From NCBI GenBank assembly GCA_964529445.1, contig CAZGWJ010000001.1:14863-78862 (forward strand): 64,000 nucleotides of DNA. The letters run 5' to 3'. The notes beneath the pieces are model-generated. The model did not search any database. It saw only the letters and a program-made list of their open reading frames with translations, and was not told the origin of the DNA. The position numbers were made by a program, and so were the translations under genes. Positions 47,571 to 57,369 of this stretch are shown in pieces (the first letter of the stretch is position 1; each line of letters starts with the position of its first letter). The DNA comes from an uncultured bacterium. GTDB taxonomy: Bacteria; Oederibacteriota; Muellerivitia; Muellerivitales; Muellerivitaceae.

Positions 47571-50153
47571 TTAATCGGTCGTGCCGAAAGCCTCGGCCGG
47601 TATAGGTTCCCACTTCTCGGCTCCGGGCGGCATCCACAGGAGGTGCAGGGCCATATCGGACCCTTCCTCCTTCCTGTATTCCAGCGTCAGGGGGTAGGAT
47701 CCCGGTCCCAACATCAGGCCGGGCGAGCGGCCCCCGTCGTTCACGGGCAGTTCCTTGCCAGCGACCGTCAGGATCGCCTGGTCCAGCGTCAGCACGTCGA
47801 AGCGGTATCGGCCGCCCTGGGTCACCTTCAACCACCCTTGCCAGCGGATCGAGAAGGGCGGGAAGTCCTCGAACGGGAAATCCTTCTTGTTCGTGAAGTT
47901 GATCTGAGGGTCCCATTGGATGGAAACGAGTTCCCCCTTGTTCGCGTAGTAGCCCTTGAGTCCGGTGGCCAGGGGCAAGGTCGAGAGGAACATCGGGGAG
48001 TCGAAGCGGGCGGATTTTCCGCTCGGCAGAATCATCTGGACCTCGGCGCGCGCGGGTCCGGGCCGGTGGATGAGCGCCAACCTCACCCGGTGGAAGCCGC
48101 GCACCAGCGTGACGGGCCTGTTCCAGGCGACCGGGTCGCGCCCGATCCTCAGGTAGGCCTCGCCATTGGTCTTGGCCCGGAAAACGTAGGCACCGCTCTG
48201 CTCGAACCAACCGACCGCATCCAGCGTGGCCTTGTACGGTCCATCCGGCAGGGCATCGCCCAGTTCCCGGAAAGTGCCGGTTCCATCCTGTCCCGTGATG
48301 ACGGCTTTCATGCCCTGGGCCGCCCGGGCGGCAGCCTCCGGGATGGTGAGGAAGGTCAGAAGCGCCCGGCCCTTCGGGTCGAGGAAACGATCTTCCTTCG
48401 CCTCCGGATAGAGGCGTTTCAAGTGAGCCACCACGCCGGATTTGTATTCCTCAAGGACATAAACCAGGTCGCGGCCCTCCGGGAGGACGGGCGCCGCCAA
48501 GTGCCGGGGGTATTCGAAGGTGTGGACGTTATCGCGGTTCCCGTAGGAGAGGAAAGACACCGTATTGTGCCGGCTGTAGAGGGGGGTCACGCAGAAGACG
48601 GCTTTCTTCCCGAGACGCTCGATCATGCGGCCGATCCGCGTGGCCTCCACGTGGGGTCCGTGCCAGCAATCGGCATTCTTCGCCTGCGAGATGAAGTAAA
48701 CGTGGAAGTTCAGGTAGGTGATGAGGGCCAACAGGACGGCCAAGCCCTTGTTGCGCCTCCTGCGCCATTTCGGCTTGAGGACCTGGAGCCGGTCGTAAAG
48801 ACGGACGAGTGCGGTGCCCGCGAGGATGGCAATGAAAGGCGTGAGCGAGAAGAGCCGACTGGATTGCGCGGAGGAGTCGGCGGCCAGCAGGGCCGGCATT
48901 GTCATCACGATGAGTCCTGCGAGGGCAAAGGCCTCCCATTTGCGGCGGCGGATGTGGCGCACGGCCTGCAGGATCCCCAGGACGAAGAGAATGCCCGTGA
49001 AGGGGTCCAGCATCGGAGCGCCGGGCAGGTTGTGACGCGGGTTCAGGTCGCCCTGGTAGTTGAACATCAACTTGGTGCCGGTGATGTTGCGGACCAGGGG
49101 CATCACGCTCTTTTCGGCCTTCATCTGCGAGAAGATCCAGAGATCGCCTTCCCGGTTTCCGATGTTCTTCGAGAGGACCATGTGAAGCAGCAGAGGGAGT
49201 GCCAATGCGACGAAGGCGATCAGCATTGCCCGGTGGGGCTTGAAGAGAAGGGCGGCCTGTCTGATCCCCCTGGGACGGAGCAGGAGCACGAAGACCAGGA
49301 GGAGCAGGGGGGCGATCTTGAAGGCCTGATAGGTATAGAGGCCCAGACCGAGCACGACACCCGACAGGATGAAGGCCCAGAGACGCTTCTTCACGACCTT
49401 CCGGGCCACCAGGTAGAGCGCGAGGGCGCCGAAGAGATAGAGAGGCACTTGCACGGTCGGGTAGCCGTTGCGGCTGTAGATGACGTGCCAACGCATGACG
49501 GCCAGCAGGAAGAGGGATGCCAGGGCCACGCGGGGGCCCGAGAAGTGGCGAACGACGTAATAGACCAGGGGCATCGCCAGGAGCGCCAGGAAGACGAAAA
49601 AGAGGTGGAAAGCAAGATAGGAGGATCCGAAAACCCCGAACCAACCGGCCAATTGCGTGAAGAGAAGGGGTTCGGGGACCGCCTGGGTGTAGGCGTCGAA
49701 GAAGGGGTTCCATCCTTCCTTCAATATGCGGAGGGCGTTGAGGCCGGTGAGACCCTGGTCGCTGTGCATTCCGGAGGGCATCTCGGAGAGGCGGAAGACG
49801 CGCAGGAGGAGGGCGAGGAGCATCGTGGAGCCGAACAAAGTGGCTTCGACGCGAAAGGGAACGGGTTTTTCCCTGGGCGGCGTCTTGCGGTCGGGGGGGA
49901 CGAAAAACAGGAGGAGGACGGCGGCGAGGACGAACAGGGAAAGCCCGATCCAGAGGGTGGGTTTCACCCCCGGGATGACAAGGCAGGCCTGCCCCAGGAT
50001 CAAAAGCCCGAGGGCCAGCCAGTAGGCATGGGCCTTGAGGACCTTTTTCACTATGAGGGGATTATATAAGGAAACCACCGATTGGCGGTTTCGATTTTGT
50101 AGGGGCGACCCCATGCGGTCGCCCACTCGAAATTCACGGATCGGGTGGCCCAC
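47571..50153 (-). CDS. GT39/PMT_2-family membrane glycosyltransferase (paralogue 4) with C-terminal PA14-like domain
   Basis: MHSDQGLTGLNALRILKEGWNPFF and GDLNP motifs. The C-terminus WQGWLKVTQGGRYRFDVLTLDQAILTVAGKEL...LTLEYRKEEG is PA14-like. Confidence 0.75.
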   Translation of the reverse strand: MGHPIREFRVGDRMGSPLQNRNRQSVVSLYNPLIVKKVLKAHAYWLALGLLILGQACLVIPGVKPTLWIGLSLFVLAAVLLLFFVPPDRKTPPREKPVPFRVEATLFGSTMLLALLLRVFRLSEMPSGMHSDQGLTGLNALRILKEGWNPFFDAYTQAVPEPLLFTQLAGWFGVFGSSYLAFHLFFVFLALLAMPLVYYVVRHFSGPRVALASLFLLAVMRWHVIYSRNGYPTVQVPLYLFGALALYLVARKVVKKRLWAFILSGVVLGLGLYTYQAFKIAPLLLLVFVLLLRPRGIRQAALLFKPHRAMLIAFVALALPLLLHMVLSKNIGNREGDLWIFSQMKAEKSVMPLVRNITGTKLMFNYQGDLNPRHNLPGAPMLDPFTGILFVLGILQAVRHIRRRKWEAFALAGLIVMTMPALLAADSSAQSSRLFSLTPFIAILAGTALVRLYDRLQVLKPKWRRRRNKGLAVLLALITYLNFHVYFISQAKNADCWHGPHVEATRIGRMIERLGKKAVFCVTPLYSRHNTVSFLSYGNRDNVHTFEYPRHLAAPVLPEGRDLVYVLEEYKSGVVAHLKRLYPEAKEDRFLDPKGRALLTFLTIPEAAARAAQGMKAVITGQDGTGTFRELGDALPDGPYKATLDAVGWFEQSGAYVFRAKTNGEAYLRIGRDPVAWNRPVTLVRGFHRVRLALIHRPGPARAEVQMILPSGKSARFDSPMFLSTLPLATGLKGYYANKGELVSIQWDPQINFTNKKDFPFEDFPPFSIRWQGWLKVTQGGRYRFDVLTLDQAILTVAGKELPVNDGGRSPGLMLGPGSYPLTLEYRKEEGSDMALHLLWMPPGAEKWEPIPAEAFGTTD

Positions 50154-50283
50154 CCCTCACCCCATCCCTCTCCCACAAGGGGCGAGGGGGAAATGAACAA
50201 GGGGGCAGGTTGCCTCTCGGCCCGCTTTCCCCTAATATCTTGGGGCTTTTGACGGTCCTCACATCCTGAAAAAGAGGTCTCCC

Positions 50284-51708
50284 TTGGGCAAGATCACGTT
50301 CGGCACATCCGGTTGGCGCGCCATCATTGCGGACGAGTTCACCTTCGCCAACGTCCGGATCGGCGTGGCGGCCATCGCGAAGCACCTTCTGGCCCAGAGG
50401 CAGGAGGGCGCCGGGGTTGTGGTAGCCGGGGACTACCGCTTCTTCTCCGAGAAATTCATGGAACTGACCTGCCAGGTTCTGGCGGGCTATGGCATCACCT
50501 CGTTCCTCTGTCCCGTCGGTACGCCCACGCCGACGGTGTCCTACGAACTGATCCGTCGCAAGGCCGCGGGCGCCATCAACTTCACGGCCAGCCACAATCC
50601 CTACGACTACCAGGGACTCAAATTCAACGGCGCCGACGGAGGACCCGCTCCCGTCACCGTCACGAGGCAACTGGAAGCCACGGCGGCCTCCCTGCAGGAT
50701 ACCCGGGAGGTCGTCGAGGAGATGCCGATCGCGCAGGCCCGGTCCCGCGGCCTCGTCGTGGACATCGACCCGAAAGAAGCCTACTTCGAGCGGTTGAGGG
50801 AGCTGGTGGATTTCGACGTCCTGCGCCGCGCGAAGCTTCGCGTGGTGGTGGATGCCATGAACGGGAACGGCCGGGGTTACCTCGATGTCCTCCTGGAGGA
50901 AGCGGGGGTGAAGACGAAGGTCCTGCGGGATTCCCGCGACCCTTTCTTCGGTTTCCACCACCCCGAGCCCGGCGCGAAGGAACTGGCCGATGCCGTGCGC
51001 GAAGTCAAGGCCTGGCCGGCCAACATGGGCCTGGCGAACGACGGCGACGCCGACCGGTTCGGCGTCCTCGACAATGACGGGACCTACATCACACCCAACC
51101 AGGTGGTGGCGATCCTCTTCGAGCATCTCCTGAAGACGCGTGACTGGAAGGGTTGCGTGGTGCGTACCCTGCCCACCACCCACCTCATCGACGCCATCGC
51201 GAAGGCCCATGGGGTGGAGGTGCGCGAGACCCCGGTCGGTTTCAAATACATCGCCGAGGTCATGGGAAGGGAATCCATCATCATCGGCGGCGAGGAATCG
51301 GGGGGACTCACGGTGCACGGCCATGTCCCGGAGAAGGACGGCATCCTGGCGTGCCTCCTCATGGCCGAGGTGGTGGCCAAGACCGGTCGCAACCTGGGAG
51401 CCATCCTCAAAAACATGGAACGGGAGTATGGCACGGTCCTGGGCGACCGGATCAACATCCCCTTGAAGCCCGGGCTCAAGGAGACCATGATCGCGAAGCT
51501 GAAGGGAACACCTCCCTCGGAGATGGCGGGGAAGCGCGTGGTGAACGTGAGGACCGAGGACGGCTTCAAGTTCATCCTCGAGGGCGACGAATGGATCATG
51601 ATCCGCTTCTCGGGCACCGAACCCCTGATGCGCTGTTACGTCGAGGCGCGTTCGCCGCAGGGCCTGGAGAACCTCCGCGAAGCCGGCAGGAAGCTGACGG
51701 AGATCTGA
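50284..51708 (+). CDS. Phosphoglucomutase/phosphomannomutase (alpha-D-phosphohexomutase family)
   Basis: FGTSGWRA, phosphoserine loop TASHNP, metal loop DGDADR. TTG start with an AAGAGG RBS. Confidence 0.9.
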   Translation: MGKITFGTSGWRAIIADEFTFANVRIGVAAIAKHLLAQRQEGAGVVVAGDYRFFSEKFMELTCQVLAGYGITSFLCPVGTPTPTVSYELIRRKAAGAINFTASHNPYDYQGLKFNGADGGPAPVTVTRQLEATAASLQDTREVVEEMPIAQARSRGLVVDIDPKEAYFERLRELVDFDVLRRAKLRVVVDAMNGNGRGYLDVLLEEAGVKTKVLRDSRDPFFGFHHPEPGAKELADAVREVKAWPANMGLANDGDADRFGVLDNDGTYITPNQVVAILFEHLLKTRDWKGCVVRTLPTTHLIDAIAKAHGVEVRETPVGFKYIAEVMGRESIIIGGEESGGLTVHGHVPEKDGILACLLMAEVVAKTGRNLGAILKNMEREYGTVLGDRINIPLKPGLKETMIAKLKGTPPSEMAGKRVVNVRTEDGFKFILEGDEWIMIRFSGTEPLMRCYVEARSPQGLENLREAGRKLTEI

Positions 51709-51722
51709 CGGTTTTCACCGCC

Positions 51723-51737
51723 CCCCCCGTTCGGGGG
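51723..51737 (+). terminator. Weak hairpin CCCCC-GTTC-GGGGG after the phosphohexomutase gene
   Basis: Short stem, poor U-tract. Confidence 0.3.
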
Positions 51738-51895
51738 ATCTTCGACAAGTATGCAAAGCCAGTCGGATCGATCTCTCCTAAATAACGCCTAATTCCTCAT
51801 TCCTAATTACTAATTGGGGTGCGACGATTGGGGCATGACGCGCCCTTCGCGTATAATGACCTCCGAGTGATATATCCTCCTCGCCGGAGAGCGTC

Positions 51896-52930
51896 TTGGA
51901 CACCCCCCTTCGACCCTATTCCCCCCTCTCCTTCCTCAAGGGACCCGTCTTCCTCTGGGTCCTTTGGACCGCTGTCATCGGCGGCGTGGCCTGGTGGTAC
52001 ACCCGCGACCTTTTCATCGCCCAGGCCGTGGGGGGTACCGGCGCCATCGCCCTTCTCCTACATTCCATCTGGCTCAAGGTGCGCCTCGACAGCCGCTGGC
52101 TCGTCGATCTCCAGGTGTTCCTCGTCCGCACCGGCGCCTTGTCCGATCAGCACCGTGTGAAGCGCATCTTCATGCCCTGGGAGGCGGGTGCCGCCCGGAG
52201 GAAATTCCTGGCCTCGACCCTGGAAAATGTGCGCGACATGGAAAAGAGGATGCACGAGGCGCGTCATGCCCTCGACAAGTTCGTGGGGACCAAGGCCTCC
52301 CAGTTCGCCGCGAAATACGCTTCGGGCAACCAATGGGGCGGGGAGATGGTGCCCGTCTATGTCCTTTTCGCCGATGTGCGGGGGTTCACGCGCATGACGG
52401 AAAAATTGAAGCCCACCGAGACCGTCACCTTCCTGAACCGCTTGTTTTCGGCCCTCGAGGAGGTGGTCCGGGAATCCGGCGGCGAGGTCAACAAGTACAT
52501 CGGGGATTCCATCCTGGCTTTCTTCCCCCGCTCACTCGAGGATGAGGCCCCGGCCGTCAAGCGGATCCTACTCGGAGCCCTCCGGATGATGGACCGGTTC
52601 CTCGAGATCGACGCGAAATACAAGAGCGATTACAGCGTGACGCCGGAGGTGGGATTCGGCATGGGCTTGGCCGCGGGCGTGGCCGTCCTCGGCAACGTGG
52701 GGTCCATGAACCGCATGGAGTTTACGCTGGTGGGCGATACCGTGAATACGGCCTCCCGCCTCTGCTCCATCGCTGAGCACGGCCAGATCCTCGTGAACGA
52801 GGAGATGGCCCGGGTCGCGGAGGGGATGTTCCGCATGGAGGCCCTGGGGGCCGTCAAGCTGAAGGGGAAGGCCGAGCCGGTCGTTCCCACCGTGATCATG
52901 GGGGAGAAACTGCAGCCCGGGCTGGCATGA
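51896..52930 (+). CDS. Membrane-anchored class III adenylate cyclase (paralogue 1)
   Basis: Two N-terminal TM helices, then the cyclase homology domain (CHD): FADVRGFT (metal Asp), NKYIGDS (metal Asp plus Lys), a Thr in the LVGDTVNTASRL region (Lys/Thr pair, so adenylyl-specific). Confidence 0.8.
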   Translation: MDTPLRPYSPLSFLKGPVFLWVLWTAVIGGVAWWYTRDLFIAQAVGGTGAIALLLHSIWLKVRLDSRWLVDLQVFLVRTGALSDQHRVKRIFMPWEAGAARRKFLASTLENVRDMEKRMHEARHALDKFVGTKASQFAAKYASGNQWGGEMVPVYVLFADVRGFTRMTEKLKPTETVTFLNRLFSALEEVVRESGGEVNKYIGDSILAFFPRSLEDEAPAVKRILLGALRMMDRFLEIDAKYKSDYSVTPEVGFGMGLAAGVAVLGNVGSMNRMEFTLVGDTVNTASRLCSIAEHGQILVNEEMARVAEGMFRMEALGAVKLKGKAEPVVPTVIMGEKLQPGLA

Positions 52931-53066
52931 TATGGTAGAATCCGTTTTTCAGCCGTTGTTCCATCCTCGGGAAGTGCCGGGGCGAACCGGGTGGCTCGCC
53001 CGAACGTGAACATCCTGGGCGGCTGGCCTGTGGGCCGCCCAGGGGAAACAGGAATCCGGGTCGTTC

Positions 53067-53411
53067 ATGTCAGAACCCACCGCTTCGAAAAACGACAGGG
53101 AGATCATCGCCGCGGCTGTCCGCGTCATGATGCGGGTGGCAGCGGCCGTCCTCGTGTCGGCGCTCGTCCAGATCATCTTCGTGACCGTCTTCCTGATGTC
53201 GCAGGTCTCCCTGGGAGAGAAGTACGCATTCATGCGCGATTTCATGCCCGCCTTTTCCGCCCTCGCGGGCGTCTCCCTTCTCACCGTGATCAAGGGGAAA
53301 CCCTTCCTCGTGGCGGCCATCGCCTTTGCCCTCGTGGTGACCGCGATCATGTGGTATTTCCAGACGGCGTTGTTCGTCCTGTGGGGAGCGATGAGCGCCA
53401 CGGGGGGATGA
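53067..53411 (+). CDS. 114-aa three-TM membrane protein, hypothetical, between cyclase genes 1 and 2
   Basis: GC3-rich codon usage and three hydrophobic helices. Confidence 0.45.
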   Translation: MSEPTASKNDREIIAAAVRVMMRVAAAVLVSALVQIIFVTVFLMSQVSLGEKYAFMRDFMPAFSALAGVSLLTVIKGKPFLVAAIAFALVVTAIMWYFQTALFVLWGAMSATGG

Positions 53412-53590
53412 GCCGAACGACAGTGAGGAGTTAGCCCGTTCGACTCCTTTCAGTCGCTCAGGGCGCGGCGACTGGGACGCCGCGAAGTGAGGAGTTGAAG
53501 GAAGAACGGCAGTTGATAAACCCACGTCGATAGTCGATCCGGTTTTCCCTCCCGAAGGTCTTTCCTCCAAGTCCGTGTCGTATCGGAACC

Positions 53591-53652
53591 CGTCACCGAA
53601 TGCTTTCGGTGACGAGGTCTCGCCAAAGGCGGATCCATCCCATCCATCAGTG
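53591..53652. repeat. Inverted homologue of the 40353..40418 element: hairpin CGTCACCG-aatgcttt-CGGTGACG + GAGGTCTCGCCAAAGGCGG core + GGATCCATCCCATCCATC
   Basis: Its reverse complement reads gatggatgggatggatccgcctttggcgagacctcgtc, and copy 3 reads gatggatggggatggatccgccttcggcgagatctcggc. Confidence 0.7.
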
Positions 53653-53753
53653 GCAAAATAAGCCGTCTTTTCGTCGTTCCTGTATCCCTCCCATCTCCCG
53701 CGTCTGGTGGCCCTCGCCTTTTTGCGTTAAACTGTCCTCAAGAACGCCAACCG

Positions 53754-54818
53754 GTGAGCGCCCCCATGCCCGAGTCCCCCAAACCGCGGTTTCCCGGTTT
53801 TCTCCGATCGCTCCTGCCCTGGCTTGCCTGGCTGGGCGTCAGCGCCGCGGTCGGGGTTTTCCTCTCGGCGGCCTTCAACAACAGGGATGTCTTCCTGTGG
53901 GCGGCCGGAACCGCAGCGGTCGCCCTGCTGGTTTTTCGTTGGGCCTATGACGCTTACCGCCTGCTGTCCGTGATGGATCTCTTCTATCGGCATCATATGC
54001 TTCCGGCCGTCCTCCGGCGTCCCTGGATCTTCTGGCCCTGGGGACCTGCACTGGGCTTGAGAATCGTCCTCCGCGCGACCGTGCACGAGTACCAGAAGGT
54101 CTCCAAGAAGATGCACGAGGCCACGGGGGCGCTCGAGAAGTTCGTGGGCGCAGGCGCGGCCGAGCGCAGTATCCGGGCCGCCGCGAAACCGGCCATGGGC
54201 GGGGAATCCCGGAGGGTCTTCTGCCTGTTCGCGGATGTCCGCGGCTTCACGCGCATGACCGAGCGCCTCAAGCCGGAGGAGACGGTGGATATCCTGAACC
54301 GCATCTTCACCGAACTGGACGCCGTCATCGTCCAGTACGGGGGAGAGATCAACAAGTACATCGGGGACGCCGTTTTCGCGTATTTCAGGTGTCCCTACGA
54401 CAACGAGGAGGTCGCGGCCCGCAACGTCCTGCGCGCGGCCTTGAGGATGCAGGAGTCCTTCGACGCCTTGAACGTGAGGATCCGGAACGCCTCCTACAGC
54501 GCCCCGGTGGAGATCGGGCTGGGCATCGGGTTGACGGCGGGAACGGCCATCCTGGGCAGCATGGGCAGTGCCAACCGGATGGAATACACCCTCATCGGCG
54601 ATGTCGTGAACCTGGCCTCCCGGCTGTGCGCCATCGCAAAACCCCTTGAAGTGCTCGTGAACGAGGAGATGGCCGAGATGGTGCAGGAGTATTTCGACAT
54701 GACCTCCCTGCCCCCCGTGGAGTTGAAGGGGAAGACGGGCCTGCAGGTCCCCTATGTCATCGTCGGCGAGAGGATGATGCTGACCAAGGGGCTCGCCGAG
54801 AAGGGAAAACGTCTTTGA
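53754..54818 (+). CDS. Membrane-anchored class III adenylate cyclase (paralogue 2)
   Basis: FADVRGFTRMTERLKPEET...NKYIGDAVFAYF...LIGDVVNLASRL. Confidence 0.8.
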   Translation: MSAPMPESPKPRFPGFLRSLLPWLAWLGVSAAVGVFLSAAFNNRDVFLWAAGTAAVALLVFRWAYDAYRLLSVMDLFYRHHMLPAVLRRPWIFWPWGPALGLRIVLRATVHEYQKVSKKMHEATGALEKFVGAGAAERSIRAAAKPAMGGESRRVFCLFADVRGFTRMTERLKPEETVDILNRIFTELDAVIVQYGGEINKYIGDAVFAYFRCPYDNEEVAARNVLRAALRMQESFDALNVRIRNASYSAPVEIGLGIGLTAGTAILGSMGSANRMEYTLIGDVVNLASRLCAIAKPLEVLVNEEMAEMVQEYFDMTSLPPVELKGKTGLQVPYVIVGERMMLTKGLAEKGKRL

Positions 54819-55870
54819 ACCGCATTCCTTCCGAAAAGGTTCCTCCGCCGCGGGAACACCGGCCTGGGCGGGATGGTGCCGTCGAGGCGGCGTTCATCCT
54901 CTTCGCCCTTCTGGGGGTCGCCGGGATCCTCTTGTCCGCGAACCGGGATTCCTTGCCAGCCGCCTGGAGGATCGCCGCTCCCTGGATGACGGGTCTGGGG
55001 GTCTTGGGCCTGCTTTGGTGGTGTGGCGCATCGCTGGTGATGCTGCTCCAGCACCAGCTGGATGCGGTCAAGGCCCTTCCGGCCGGCTTCCAGCGCATGA
55101 GGTTGTGGCAGGTCGGAACCCCGCTGGATGGATTCCACCGCCTGGCAACGGCACTCGCGAAGGCGCAGGTCGAAAGGGATGAACGGATCGCTTCCCTTCA
55201 GGCCAGCCATGACCGCTACGTCGGGACCACGATGTCGGATCGGGCGCGCCGCATGGCCTCCCAGGAGGAACTGGGCGGCGTCAAGAGGCGCGTCTTCGTC
55301 ATGTTCTCCGACATCCGCGGTTTCACCCGCATGACCGAGCAGTTGAAGCCCGAGGAGGTCGTCGAGGTTCTCAACATCTGTTTCACGGAGTTCGAGAAGG
55401 TGATCCGCGAGAACGGGGGGGAGATCAACAAGTACATCGGCGACGCGGCGTTCGCGTATTTCCGGATGCCGCACGGCGATCTCGAAGCGGGGGTCCGGGC
55501 CGTTCTTCGCAGTGCGGTGAAGATGCAGGAGCGGTTCGATTTCCACAACTCCCGATTCAAGGTCTCCTACAGCAAGCCGGTCGAGATCGGGCTGGGGCTC
55601 GGCGTGACGGCGGGGGAGGCCATCCTCGGGAACATCGGTTCGCCCCAGCGCATGGAGTTTACCCTGATCGGGGACGTGGTGAACCTGGCCTCGCGGCTTT
55701 GCGGCATCGCCCGGCACGGGCAGATCCTCGTCAGCGAGGAGATGGCCGAGATCGCGAAGGCCTGGTTCGAGCTTTCGCCCCAACCGGAGGTGCAGTTGAA
55801 GGGAAAGCTGGTGCCCCACCGGCCTTACGCGGTCGTGGGGGAACGGATGGGTTTCGGGAGGGATATGTAG
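54815..55870 (+). CDS. Membrane-anchored class III adenylate cyclase (paralogue 3). The TTG start overlaps the upstream stop.
   Basis: FSDIRGFTRMTEQLKPEEV...NKYIGDAAFAYF...LIGDVVNLASRL. Confidence 0.75.
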   Translation: MNRIPSEKVPPPREHRPGRDGAVEAAFILFALLGVAGILLSANRDSLPAAWRIAAPWMTGLGVLGLLWWCGASLVMLLQHQLDAVKALPAGFQRMRLWQVGTPLDGFHRLATALAKAQVERDERIASLQASHDRYVGTTMSDRARRMASQEELGGVKRRVFVMFSDIRGFTRMTEQLKPEEVVEVLNICFTEFEKVIRENGGEINKYIGDAAFAYFRMPHGDLEAGVRAVLRSAVKMQERFDFHNSRFKVSYSKPVEIGLGLGVTAGEAILGNIGSPQRMEFTLIGDVVNLASRLCGIARHGQILVSEEMAEIAKAWFELSPQPEVQLKGKLVPHRPYAVVGERMGFGRDM

Positions 55871-55935
55871 GAAACGGCTTCCATGTTAATGGGGTGATAG
55901 GTGCGATTGGGAACGTCGGTTCTGAGGGAGAGCGG

Positions 55936-57165
55936 ATGAAGAGGAAGCGAACCGCGGAGAAGGGAAAGCCGGCCTACGCCCATTTCGGCTTGAAGCGGGA
56001 CCCCTTCAGCACGCTGGCCCTCCAGCCCTTCGAGATGGAATTCTTCGCGGGTCGCCGGGCTCTCATCGAGCGTCTTGTCGCGGATCTCCATTCCCTGTCG
56101 AACACGGGATTGGCGGGCGAGCCGGGCATGGGCAAGTCCAGTCTCCTGAACCTCCTGCGCGAGAAGGCGGGCCGAGGCGTCGCCGTCGTGTCCATCGGCG
56201 TTCCGCTGGACGACGCGAACTATCTCCTGGTCGAGCTATTGGGTGCGCTGATGGAAGCCCTTCCTCGCTCGGGAGGGCTCGACCGCCGGGCGGTGAACCG
56301 CCGGATGAGGGAAGGCGTCCTGGACAAGGCGACCCTGCTTCGGCTGGTCCGAACCCTCCTGGCGCGTTCAAGAAAACCGGTCGCGGTCCTCGTGGACGAC
56401 ATCGAGAAGATCCGGGGGGACCGGATTCGCCATCTCACCCGGTCCGATCGCACGCTCCAGTTCCTGGAGGAATTGAAGGTTCTCTTCGAGAGTCGCAATG
56501 CCTGTTTCTTCGTGACGCTCCAGGAGGAGTTCTTCTCGAAGGTCACCCAGGTCGTCAAGGAGGGGGCCGAGCCCACCGTGCTCGGGCTTTTCAGGAACAT
56601 CGTGAAGGTGGACCGGTTCCCGATCCCGGAACTCCGCGAGGTGCTGGCCACGCGGCTGAAGGCCGCAGGGCACCCGGGGGGCATCGAGGCGGTCGTGGAG
56701 GACGAGGGGATGCGCCTGGCCCTTGGCCTTTCCGACGGGAACCCCCGCCGTTTCCTGTACCTGATGTCCGAGGGCATGGCGAGGGCCGCCCTGCGCCGGG
56801 CTTCCCGCATCGGTTTCGAGGATGTTTTCGGCGCCTTGAACGAACACTTGAAACTCGACCGCGTGTGCATGAAACTGATGTTCTTCCTCTCGAAGTCCGG
56901 GCGCGCCACTGCGGCCAACGTGGACCTGCAGGCGTTCATGGAGCTCGATGCCGTCTCGCTCTCGCGGAGGTTCGAGGTTCTCGCGAAGAACCGCCTGGTG
57001 TCCGCCGTGGACGTGGTGGAGGGATCCCGGGTCTACGCCCTGCCGGGATTGGAGGGTTCCATCGAGCATCCTTCCGCCTCGGGGAAGGATGCCGGGAAAA
57101 CGCAGTCCGCGGTCGGACTTTCCCAAAAGGGCGAGAAGATGTACCTGCTGGACGAGGAGAACTGA
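55936..57165 (+). CDS. ExeA/GspA/MshM-like AAA ATPase (AAA_22-type)
   Basis: N-terminal HFGLKRDPFS motif, then the Walker A GEPGMGKSSLLN. The listed ORF 55699.. carries a 79-aa junk extension. Confidence 0.6.
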   Translation: MKRKRTAEKGKPAYAHFGLKRDPFSTLALQPFEMEFFAGRRALIERLVADLHSLSNTGLAGEPGMGKSSLLNLLREKAGRGVAVVSIGVPLDDANYLLVELLGALMEALPRSGGLDRRAVNRRMREGVLDKATLLRLVRTLLARSRKPVAVLVDDIEKIRGDRIRHLTRSDRTLQFLEELKVLFESRNACFFVTLQEEFFSKVTQVVKEGAEPTVLGLFRNIVKVDRFPIPELREVLATRLKAAGHPGGIEAVVEDEGMRLALGLSDGNPRRFLYLMSEGMARAALRRASRIGFEDVFGALNEHLKLDRVCMKLMFFLSKSGRATAANVDLQAFMELDAVSLSRRFEVLAKNRLVSAVDVVEGSRVYALPGLEGSIEHPSASGKDAGKTQSAVGLSQKGEKMYLLDEEN

Positions 57166-57168
57166 TCC

Positions 57169-57206
57169 GCTCACGCTTCACAGACCTTGATGGGTCTCTG
57201 CGGACA
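57169..57206. repeat. Dispersed element gctcacgcttcacagaccttgatgggtctctgcggac (decamer family plus the 14-mer shared with 44182..44195)
   Basis: CACGCTTCACAGAC also occurs at 44182..44195. GGTCTCTGCGGAC matches the decamer core. Confidence 0.55.
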
Positions 57207-57369
57207 AGCATCATTCTTGGCTTCTGGTCTCGAAGGGTTCGGCCCTCTCCCGTGGTACATCCCCCGGACGGGGGGCAAGGGGCGGGGGGGATGCCGTTGA
57301 ATTTCCCTCTCCCTCGACGGGAGGGGGAAGGGTGAGGATCCGATCCCGGGTTGCGCGAAGGGAAACACC

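Noticed and set aside
47643-50069. 808-aa plus-strand ORF
   Set aside because: Antisense to GT39 paralogue 4.
50134-51324. 396-aa minus-strand ORF
   Set aside because: Antisense to the phosphohexomutase gene.
51896-55870. Pycsar-like (cyclic-pyrimidine) anti-phage system hypothesis for the cyclase array
   Set aside because: No effector with a cNMP-binding domain (TIR, TM or other) is present. The Lys/Thr specificity pair predicts ordinary adenylyl cyclases. The arrangement looks like tandem paralogy.
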